A DNA stretch of 64,000 nt from Octopus sinensis (Eukaryota), in NCBI RefSeq assembly GCF_006345805.1, contig NC_043007.1:43462001-43526000 (forward strand), given 5' to 3'. Both the position numbers and the translations under genes were made by a program. Positions 40,150-50,988 of the stretch are shown one piece after another; position 1 is the stretch's first letter; each line of letters opens with the position of its first letter. A model generated the notes under the pieces. The model searched no databases and was not told the DNA's origin. It was given only the letters and a program-made list of their open reading frames with translations.

Positions 40150-41965
40150 GCTATTCCCAGCGTAACAGATTATGTCTACAGCAGAATTGTCCATTCACCC
40201 ATCTCCCAGGGATTCGTCGCACATATGAAAATATAAACGGGACCCCTAACCAATACAAAATCCACAACCACAAAAATTTCCAGTTCTTCAAACAGAATTC
40301 TTTTTTAGCCATAATAAATCTGGCAAAAGAGCTACAAAAGAACATTCTAGCCATCACAGAAGACTACTCCCCACCACCACCACCACCCAATCACACAAAC
40401 TCCCATTGCTACCATTAACAAGTAAATCCCCAAAACAGTCAAAACTAGTCAACACTATCGCCTCACAGCCCTGCCACCAAAGCCCGGAAATGGAAGATCC
40501 AATTTATTGAAGACTGGGTTAATGACCATCCACACCATATCCCTTTTTTCGTCCTTGCAGAAACCCATCTCAATAACCTCCACTTGGAAGCTGAGGTTAG
40601 AGTGAAGAATTTTACAGCCGTCCTTGCAGATCATGTCGGCAGAAGAAAGAGAAAGACCGCCATTTTCGTGCACGTTTCTTTTCCGGCTGAAGCAATGGAC
40701 GTATTTACCAACAGCTACTGTGAAGCAGCTACTGTGTTTAGTAAAACCAACAATTTAATTGTAGTTGGGCCCTATAGGCCACCCTAACTCCTTTTCTATG
40801 CTCCAAGGAATGCCTCTACAGTATTAAGTGTTTCATCCATCAGTGTCATGCTGACAACATACTAATGGTGGGGGATTTCAACCTTCCCAGTGTTGATTGG
40901 TCCACAAACAGCTTGAAACCAGGTTTTTCTACTTCAACTCCTGATAAGGAAGCAATCGAATTGATTTTTGAGTTCATGGATGAGTTTTTCCTTACCTGAC
41001 TTGTTCATGTACCAACAAAGCGTCACAAAACACGTTGGATCTAGTGTTCAGTAACCATACAGACACTATCCTCAATATTACAGCGGAAAAAACAACACTA
41101 CTCTCAGACCATCACATAGTTCTCTGCGATCTGAGATTCTACCACCCAAAGATCCAGTGACATCTCTCCAGTCCATCCATTTTACACTATGGATCTTCAT
41201 AAAGCAGACTGGGGTGGGATCAATCATGATCTTTTACAAGTTGATTAAGCATCCACGCACGCACACACCCCTCCAACATAAACACATCATGGCAGACATT
41301 TGTAGATACGGTGACACATATATGCGCAAAACATACTCCATTAAGATCAGTATACAAATCTAAGTGAAGAATCCCTAGAAATAGAAGAGCCATTATCAGA
41401 AAAGTAAAAAGAATTAACAAGAAAATCAACCAACTTAAATACTGCCAGCAGCAACGCACCCATTCGACTGCCATTGCATCACTCGAATCGAAAAAAACAC
41501 GGCCTCCAAAAAAGTATGATGACCATCATTAATAGTCAAAGAGCAGCCGAGGAGAGCTGGGAAATTGAGAACATAAAACTCAATCCCAAAATGTTCTAGT
41601 CATTTGCAAAAAATATAAAGACACTGTTTCCATTGTTGGTCCACTAGTTGACGAGAACAACGCTCTACATTATGAAGCAAAATCCATGTGCGAGATACTG
41701 GAGAGACAATACTACTCTGTCTTCAGTAACCCTAATGTGGTTCATCTGGCTAGTATGCGTGTTGTAAACCCTCAACTAACCATATCTGACATAACTTTTG
41801 GTGCTACTGATATCCTACGAGAAATAGATAAGATCAAGCACAACTCGGCAGTAGGTCCCGATAAGTTCCCAGCCACTGTCCTGAAGATGTGTCGACATCA
41901 AATTGCACCCCGCTCTAGCTGAGCTCTGGAGAAATTCACTTGATGCAGGCTACATTCCTGATCAT
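40150..41965 (+). mobile_element. CR1/L2-type LINE fragment: ORF1 end, APE endonuclease and pre-RT region (pseudogenised)
   Basis: ETHL, GDFNLPSVDW, NTLDLVFSN and SDHHIV APE motifs. Then NPKMF..FAK and SAVGPDKFPATVLK. Confidence 0.85.
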
Positions 41966-42109
41966 TTTGCTGAGATGGATGGGTTTTCTCAAGCACAGCA
42001 TATCGCTATTCATCTCGGCCTCTTGTCATCTCCTCTGAGAGGCTAAAGATTTCATCCCACGTCCTTCTGAATCTCCCTCTTCCACTGGCTCTTTTCATCG
42101 TCGTCGTCA

Positions 42110-42310
42110 TCGTCGTCATCGTCGTCGTCATCATCATCCTCATATAGCGTCCCTTTTTCCACACTAGCATGGGTTGGACGGCTCGACATGAATGACGTGC
42201 CAGAGGGTTGCAGCGTGTTACAATGTCTGCTTTCGCAGGGTTTCTTCTGCTGGATGCTCCCCCTAACGCCATCTGCACTTCTTTATACAGCTGCTCTCAT
42301 CTATCTGCAT
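42110..42310 (-). mobile_element. SINE 3' body with (CAT/CGT)n tail
   Basis: catcatcatc...gctggatgctcccctaacgcca, reverse of the SINE body seen in the XPO1 introns. Confidence 0.55.
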
Positions 42311-43744
42311 CACACGACCATACCAATGCAGTCTTCTCTCTTATACACCGCATCTGATGCCTCTTATACCAAATTTTTCCCTCAACGCATTTTACTCGCA
42401 AAGAACGTAGAAGGTTAAACATTTGAAATTAAAATAAAATAGATAAAGGTTTTAAGTAAATTATTTTGTCCGTTCTTGTTTTTCTCACTCATTTTCGTCT
42501 ATTTCTTTGTCCTCTTCTTGTTCTACCCCTGTCATATTTCCTGTTGTGTTAGTTACATGTAATCTAGCTAATACAATTAATTATAATACAATTATATACA
42601 ATTGATCTTGACACTTGTTTTCTTATTCACCTAACTATGATAAGAAAGCTGGTTTCCGTGTAATGGTTTCGTAGTCGTTTTCTATTCGTTTTGCTGTTCG
42701 CTATTATATGAACACAAAACGAAAGATCGCCACAGACACAAATGCACACACACTCACAAGCACTTTCATATATATGTAGGTGGAAAATGTAAACAAATGA
42801 GTAAACCGAAAAATCAGCGCTCTTCTAAAGAGGTTAGAGACATTTCCTTCACACCTTTCCTGTGAGAAATGCACTGAACCAGTTGAATGGTCATTGAAAT
42901 CCTGTAACCAACGATGATATTGTTCATGAATTAAGCAGAAATTTCACCCACATCACAAAACTATTAATTACACAAAGAAGGTATGAAAGAAACAAAAGAA
43001 GATATGGAAGAAACAAAGAAGATATGAAAGAAACAACAAAAAAGAAAACAAGAAGAACTAAAAATAAACAAGGTAAAAACAAAACGGATAGTAAAAGACA
43101 CGAAGCCAAAGAAAAACAAGTGTATGCTAAATGATACTTGAGAAAAGCAAATTAAAAGACATAGACCAAATCGAGTGATTATCTGCAAAAACAGCGGCTG
43201 TTTATAGAACACTGGGAATATAATATAGTATATGTTTAATGTCAATTTCTGTGGAAGTTATTTTGTTATAGGTTAAGTAGTTATGGAAAGTCAGCCTCAT
43301 CTGGCCGAGAATATAGGGTGTCAACAACAGACACATCAAACAGATTCAGGATTCGTATTCAACTAGCGGCACATAACTTTCTATTAAACTTAGTTGTAAA
43401 TAAGTACCATGGTTAGTAATTAAGCTTACCATCATAAGCAGCCGGAGGACAGGATAATTTCGGTGTGCATTGCATTGCAGTGCAGAAGTCGAATGTAATT
43501 CCTGTTCTGGCATCCGGGGCACTTATTCGGGTACTCGAATTCGCAGTAGGGTACCGTCCCAGGTTTCGAAGTCACATCCAAGTCACGCAATCCCCTCAAT
43601 CGTGTCATTTGACCTCGAGCTTTGGCTTTTTTTTTTATGGAATGAATGGTAGTGGGAGAACATCACGGTTTCTGTACAGTGTTCAAAAGTCGAAGAGGAG
43701 GAGGAGGTGGAGGAAGTTTATATAAATATAAATATAAATTATAA

Positions 43745-43811
<67 letters not shown>

Positions 43812-43820
43812 ATATATATA

Positions 43821-44125
43821 TACAAAATGGGACAAGAAAGCAAAACATCCTGACGGTTAAGTGATAAAAGAAAGGGACAACAAAACATCAGATAGACGAT
43901 ACAAAGAAAACAATGACGGGTCATTCGGAGTTTTCTTCCCTCAGTCGAGTTCCAGATTAATCAGCCAAAATTGCAAAGATAATCTGGAACTCGACTGAGG
44001 AAAGAAAACTCCGCATGACCCGTCCTTGTTTTCTGTTTTCTTTGTATAGTCTATCTGGATGTTTTGTTGTCCCTTTCTTGTATTACCTAACTGTCTGGTG
44101 TTTTGCGTTCTTGTCCCATTTTGTA
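43821..44125. repeat. Fold-back palindrome (~140-bp arms, 20-nt spacer) embedded in (TA)n
   Basis: tacaaaatgggacaagaa...gagttccagatta / taatctggaactc...ttcttgtcccattttgta. The arms are mostly complementary. Confidence 0.9.
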
Positions 44126-44146
44126 TATTATATATATGTGATATAT

Positions 44147-44177
<31 letters not shown>

Positions 44178-44451
44178 TAATTAATTAATAAGGGTGAGAG
44201 AATTAGATACTAATTAATAGTATATCTATTCAACACCAAGTGGCCTAGTGCTCCGAGAAACCTGGATTATTATAATATTTTATAATATATTATAATTTTT
44301 TACAAAATAAATATAAGAGAGTGGTCACTATATGGCTCACTCTAGCACCAGTTAATCCAAAAGGTTTCAACCACAAAAATACATGTTTCCCATGAAAGTC
44401 AGTACGATTGTTAGCTCACACGGACAGGGCAAATAAAAAATAACAAAAATA

Positions 44452-44547
44452 CAGATTATTTTGGGACAATTGTTTCGCTATTAATGAATTAAATGTAATT
44501 TTACTTACAAAAAAATCCACTTGTAGCTCGTCAGCCAAAACTATCTG
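44452..44547 (-). ncRNA. Type I hammerhead ribozyme, copy 1
   Basis: Reverse complement cagatagttttgg-CTGACGA-GCTA...TAGC-GAAAC-AATT-GTC-ccaaaataatctg. Confidence 0.85.
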
Positions 44548-44759
44548 GATGAACTATTAAATTAGTATCTAATTCTCTCACCCTTATTAATTAATTATAA
44601 TTATGCTGCATTTATTTCTAAATGCTGTATTTGTTTTCCGTGAAAGTTTGGCGCGCTGTTAGTTGGGGCATTTGAATTATACGTCGGATGTAATCAATTG
44701 AACCACACGCGTATTTATCGTTATGGTAAAATCTGGGCGTTGATTGAGTGGATTTCATC

Positions 44760-44856
44760 CAGATAGTTTTGGGCTGAGGAGCTACAAGTGGATTTTTTTG
44801 TAAGTAAAATCACATTTAATTCATTAATAGCGAAACAATTGTCCCAAAATAATCTG
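44760..44856 (+). ncRNA. Type I hammerhead ribozyme, copy 2
   Basis: CTGAGGA 44774-44780, GCTA/TAGC stem II, GAAAC 44832, GTC site 44841-44843. One extra G in stem I. Confidence 0.8.
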
Positions 44857-45294
44857 TATTTTTGTTATTTTTTATTTGCCCTGTCCGTGTGAGCTAACAA
44901 TCGTACTGACTTTCATGGGAACATGTATTTTTGTGGTTGAAACCTTTTGGATTAACTGGTGCTAGAGTGAGCCATATAGTGACCACTCTCTTATATTTTT
45001 TGTAAAAATATTATAATATATTATAAAATATTATAATAATCCAGGTTTCTCGGAGCACTAGGCCACTTGGTGTTGAATAGATATGCTATTAAATTAGTAT
45101 CTAATTCTCTCACCCTTATTAATTAATTAAATTATGCTGCATTTATTTCTAAATGCTGTATTTGTTTTCCGTGAAAGTTTGGCGCGCTCTGTTAGTTGGG
45201 GCATTTGAAATTATAACGTCGGATGTAATCAATTGAACCACACGCGTATTTATCGTTATGGTAAAATCTGGCGTGTGATTGAGTGGATTTCATC

Positions 45295-45389
45295 CAGATA
45301 GTTTGGCTGACGAGCTACAAGTGGATTTTTTTGTAAGTAAAATTACATTTAATTCATTAATAGCGAAACAATTGTCCCAAAATAATCTG
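45295..45389 (+). ncRNA. Type I hammerhead ribozyme, copy 3
   Basis: CTGACGA 45307-45313, GCTA/TAGC, GAAAC 45365, GTC site 45374-45376, stem I ccaaaataatctg. Confidence 0.85.
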
Positions 45390-45580
45390 TATTTTTGTTA
45401 TTTTTTATTTGCCTGTCCGTGAGCTAACTCGTACTGACTTTCATGGGAAACATGTATTTTTGTGGTTGAAACCTTTTGGATTAACTGGTGCTAGAGTGAG
45501 CCATATAGTGACCACTCTCTTATATTTATTTTATATATATATATATATATATTATATTATATTATATATATAATATATAT

Positions 45581-45622
<42 letters not shown>

Positions 45623-45640
45623 TATATATATATATATATC

Positions 45641-45691
<51 letters not shown>

Positions 45692-45711
45692 TATATAATA
45701 TATAATATAAA

Positions 45712-45767
<56 letters not shown>

Positions 45768-45768
45768 A

Positions 45769-45803
<35 letters not shown>

Positions 45804-45826
45804 GCGGCGTACGTACACTTTGGTCT

Positions 45827-45872
<46 letters not shown>

Positions 45873-46023
45873 TATTTATATAAACTTCCTCCACCTCCTC
45901 TTCCTCTTCGACTTTTGAACACTACAGAAACCGTGATGCTCTCCCACTACAATTCATTCCATAAAAAAGCCAAAGCTCGAGGTCAATGACACGATTGAGG
46001 GGATTGCGTAACTTTGTGCTGAA

Positions 46024-46085
<62 letters not shown>

Positions 46086-46439
46086 AATGCTGTTGTGTCT
46101 GGAGAGAGTCAGTTTCTTTTTGTGCCTTATAACCAAATCCCAAAACGAAATATATATGTATATATATATATATAAAATTATGCCAAGGACCTATAATCCT
46201 TTAATCTAGTTTTCCGGTTTATACCACTGTTCACTGAAAATTAAATACTTTAGTTTTGCATTTATATATATTGGTATTTAAAATATTTATGAATGAGAAA
46301 AAGATTAAAATGGAGAAATTGACGTATAGACATTAGTTTATTCAAAGATATTCATATCAATATAATATGAAATTTTTATCCCTACAACCGTTTCCATATC
46401 CAATTAATTCAGTTAGAGAAATTAAATTAAATGAAATTA

Positions 46440-48570
46440 ATCTAAAATTTTCATTTTAGTAGATTTGCAAAGGAAGAATATGTACTATCATTTTGCTCTG
46501 AAAATCTATTATCTATCTCTCCCAAGCTTTCATCGATGATCACAAAATAAATTTTGCGATGAAAGGTTATCCAGTCATCTTGTGATGGTACCAGGGCTTC
46601 AACAACATAATCTGTAAAACTCGGGATCCGCAAGCTTTTCGACGCATGCGTTCCTCAATAACATTAAATTGACTCTTGTTTTAGAATCTCATCAAATATT
46701 TAAGAGTTTTTCAGTTTGGTTATTTCACTGTTGGCAATCTTCAGAAGCCCAAGGCCATGGTATATATCCCATTTGTGACTCTGAAGCTGTTTGTCTACTG
46801 GTCTAATTATATGCAGAAATTTGCTAAGAACAAGGGCTAGAAAAACAAACCTTGCGGAACGAACTTGATGTAAAATTCCAGTTGCCTCTACACACGTTTT
46901 TGAATCTGACGAATTTGTGCATTCGGTTAGTAAACCAACAATTTTGGAGTGATTTTCTATTACAGAAGCAATGGCAGTGAAATGACCCGGCCACCTATGC
47001 TCCATAAGTCATGGCAACTTCAATCCTTTCGAGAGACTAGCTATCTTTGGCCGTTTAATAATATTATGAAGAATATTAACGGTGTCAAAGAACGTAGTTA
47101 ACTTCGGAATCCACTATGTGTCAACCACGACAAGATGCACTGATGATTAAGACAATGAACATAAGGTATATATTTCTCAAGTCAATTCTGTATCTTTCTT
47201 TGAATGCCACCTATTTTGCCAGACATCACAGAAGCACCATCATAGAATTGTAGCAACATACGCTTTGGGTCAATGCAAAGGTTGGTTAATCCCTTAATTA
47301 TCAAGTCGGCCAATGTTTCAGCATCATAATGTTGAGTTGTTGGCATTGCAATTAACTTTTCCAGGACCCTGCCATTTTGCAAGTACCTAATAACAATTGT
47401 AAGATTTTTAGTAATAACTCAAATCACGCGTTCCATCACATTTCAGCGTAAAGTAAGAAACATTGGAACATTTTATTTCATTGACCATAAGGCTGACAGT
47501 GTGTCTTCTCAACAATTCGATGATTTCGTTTTGCATTGCTACTGAGGTGTAGGTCGCAATTTTTGGAATCGTGCTGTAACATTCCATTAGCTTTGAGTTT
47601 TTCTCTAATGTGTACTGGAATAATTTCATAAAAAGACCACAAGGCTGCATGTAATCTTCCGAATAAAGATCCCGAAAAGCTTCATTTTCGTTTCCTCAAG
47701 AAGGCAATTCGTTTGTACAAAGGAAATGAACAGTATCAACAATGGAACTGATATAGCAACGGTTTTTGCTCAACTGATTATTTTGCAAGATTGAAGACAC
47801 AGATGTTTTGGATAAACGCTGTTGGCGGGATGCTGAGTTTGCATGCTTATTTAAACCTTTGTTTTTTTTCTTTTGCATGATGCCAATTAGAATATCCATT
47901 TTTAGTAAAACAAGTATCAGCTTGAGCAATAGTATTAAAGTGCCGACAAGCAAAACAAAATAAGGCTTTCTTTGAAAGAGAATACTCTAACCATGGACGA
48001 CCAGAAGTCACGTCTCTGATTTCCATAAATTTTTGGATCAAATTTTGCTAGAACTCGCTGCACTGGTTGGCAGTCGATCTGTCCTAGATTATCCAATGAG
48101 GGTGTCACAGACTTTACAAGACCTCCCTTGAGCTGCGAAACTTCGTTTGAAATTCTCTTCCGTTTATTATTAGACGAATCAAATTAGAAATTCAGCAATG
48201 ATTGCCTCAGTTCTCTTTTTCGGTAGTGATTCATTATTTTTGGACACTGATATTCACAATAATTAATTCTAAGGTATAATATCGTAGTAAGAGTAACAAT
48301 TGGATCTTTTCCTTTTGATGGACGGAATTTTCTAGTTAACTAAAAAATTTGAAACTTCGTATACTGGTAGAATGTGTCAAAAGAAAACATTATTGTAAAC
48401 AAAATTGAAAACAAAATTGTAATATGTAACTTTAACGTAGTGTAATTCTACGAATTTTAACCAATGAAATCCCAGCATCTTCGAATTTTAACCAATGAAA
48501 TCCAGTATTTGAACTCAAATCATTTGCTGCGTTATCGATATTGATAAAGAAACATAGCAGACGCATGCCG

Positions 48571-48636
<66 letters not shown>

Positions 48637-48679
48637 TCAGATACATACACACGTACACTTGCACACACACACACACACA

Positions 48680-48720
<41 letters not shown>

Positions 48721-50227
48721 CACTATCTCTCTCTCTCTCTCTATCAAACACATGCATATACATTTGCACAAGCACATAGTAATTAATATATAAGCGTAAC
48801 ACACACAAACGGAACGGACATTACATACACCACATACGCACACAAGCATACATACCCATTCGTGAGTTGCCCCTTGCCGCAACAAATTTACACAAAAGGT
48901 AAATAAACCAGAAGGGGGGGGGGTCATGTTTCATCGTTTCGGGGTCGATAAATTAAGTACCAACTCCTCACTGGTGTCGAGGATTTTTTCCCAATTTATA
49001 TCGCAGCTTCCGACAAGCTGGGGCAACCTTTTATGAAAATATATTTCGCAAAATTTTACAATACTACTCACACACCACGCGCAAACTCTAGACCGCTTTA
49101 GGCATATTATTGTTTTGATTTTGTTGTTTCTGGCCCTTCAAAACCATGGGAGAAGCCTTTTTAGTAAAAAAAAATAAAGAAAATATTCAAAAAATATCGT
49201 TAATATTTTTATTGGACGACGAAATTCATCGATTTCAGAGATATAGCTGTTATTTCTAGCACATGCAGAAGACAGAAGACAGAAGAGATAAGGATGAATA
49301 AGACGCAGAAAATGAATTGAGCTCAAATGCTGGGATCTCATTGGTTAAAATTCGTAGAATTAAACTACGTTAAACTTAGAAATTACAATTTTGTTTTCAA
49401 TTTTGTTTACAATAATGTTTTCTTTTGACACATTCTACCAGTATACGAAGTTTCAAATTGTTTAGTTAACTAGAAAATTCCGTCCATCAAAAGGAAATGA
49501 TCCTAACAATTTCTTAAAATTTATGTATTTTTAAATTAAACTCGTAAGAGATTTCAGTTCAAGCAATTTTTTTTCAATTTCTTCAAAGTTATGCTTTTTT
49601 AGTTAAACACAAAATGATTTCAGTATAAACTTTGTTTCAAAAAGTAGGAAAATTTATTTAGTGAAAGTTCTCAGCTGAAAAATCTTTTCTGAATGTATAT
49701 TTTGGGAAATTTCAAAAATTTTCTCTCCTTTTTCGTGAATAATAATCCTCTCTGACTAGTTGAAATAAAATGACTTTTTAACGCCCGTCTCTGTTCACAT
49801 ATATACGTATGTATATAAATCTCTAACTTCACATACTTTTCAACAACAGCAACGACAATCACCGGCACCACCGCCGCCGTCGCTACCACGTTCCCTACCA
49901 CCACCACAACAACAACTGACCCCAGAGTCAGCCACCCCTTATTTCAACCCACAGTTGATGACCGGGTCAGCAGCCAATTCTGCGACAACAAATACAGCTA
50001 CAACAAACATTTTGGACCAGCTCTAATTTACCCAGGTTTTCATATTACTAACTACTAAATCAAAACAAATTCAATTTATTGCATCTTTAGCAACTTCAGA
50101 TATTGCTTATGCGACAATGTATTATTTCAAAAGTGGATAAACCAAATTCTCATACTGGGGAAGTGGGAGCTGAGATCCTAACTGGGGGTGCTGAGCACCC
50201 ATGGCCCCACCCCGTGGCTACATGCCT
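46440..50227 (-). mobile_element. hAT (ZMYM1/TTF-zinc-finger-like) transposon, pseudogenised, with nested insertions
   Basis: RPWLEYSLSKKALFCFACRHF, YTSVAMQNEII...FTLKCDGTRD, FYDGASVMSGKIGGIQ, RWPGH, IDNRFSE. A hAT-like end (reverse complement caggcatgtagccacgggtggggcc) lies at 50227. Confidence 0.85.
48302..49503. mobile_element. MITE-like element with ~185-215-bp terminal inverted repeats nested in the hAT 5' region
   Basis: ggatcttttccttttgatggacggaattttctagttaac... at 48302-48517 is inverted at 49319-49503. The interior has (CA)n and a SINE fragment. Confidence 0.75.
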
Positions 50228-50379
50228 GGTGTGTGTCCATGTGTGTGTTTATCAATCAATCAATCAATCAATTCAGTCAGTCTGTCTGTCTGTCTGTCTG
50301 TCTTTCTCATCCCTTCGTTCTATCTTTATATGTGTGTGTGTGTACATATATATATACGTGCATGTATGTATGTGTATAT

Positions 50380-50413
<34 letters not shown>

Positions 50414-50822
50414 TATAAGATCCGGGAATCGAGGTGTAGGAAGAAAGTTAGCTTCAGGCAACCAGTAGTAAATATAAAAAACAAATTTCAGGGACAATAG
50501 TGGTTTTTTGAGACAGAGGGTTGCGGATTTTTTCGTATCGAAGTATGATAAATTGAAAAAAAGTTATTTTTATATTTCACGGTAGGCGACCTGGGTTGCC
50601 GGATGTACTAATAAAAATAAAGAGTTAAGGAATGGAGTAGATAAGATTCGGGCTACATATGTTTCAAAGTGAGCAGAACCTTAGAAGTGGTAAATATCCA
50701 AGCGAGGTGTATACCACGGGCTACTCTTCACGACAAGGATATTTTGATTAAATTAAAGTTTACATTGTCGCAAGGAGGTACATGTTAAGACATGGAAAAT
50801 TCAACCCATTCCTTAACTCTTG

Positions 50823-50858
<36 letters not shown>

Positions 50859-50953
50859 CCAAACATGAAAACACAAAGAGAAAACACAGCAACGCGAGGA
50901 CGTGGAACAAATATAGTATTATTGGACGCTCAGGAAGGAAGGGAAGAAGGAGG

Positions 50954-50988
50954 GTTTTACGTTTCGAGCGGAGCTCTTCGTCAGAAAC
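50954..50988 (-). ncRNA. Minimal type I hammerhead ribozyme (Penelope type)
   Basis: Reverse complement GTTT-CTGACGA-A-GAGC(TCC)GCTC-GAAAC-GTA-AAAC. Canonical core, stem I GTTT/AAAC, palindromic ACGT stem III. It sits in a (TA)n-flanked ~210-bp fragment. Confidence 0.8.

Larger units (their letters stand above)
44179..45533. mobile_element. Penelope-like/retrozyme-like repeat: inverted partial copy plus ~532-bp tandem units
   Basis: 44179-44553 is the reverse complement of about 44754-45129. Direct units start at 44554 and 45086, both ctattaaattagtatctaattctctcaccc. Flanked by (TA)n. Confidence 0.8.

Noticed and set aside
44179-45533. Viroid-like ambisense element (hammerheads on both strands)
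   Set aside because: The minus-strand HHR is simply an inverted duplicate of the plus-strand one, not a distinct opposite-polarity ribozyme within one monomer.
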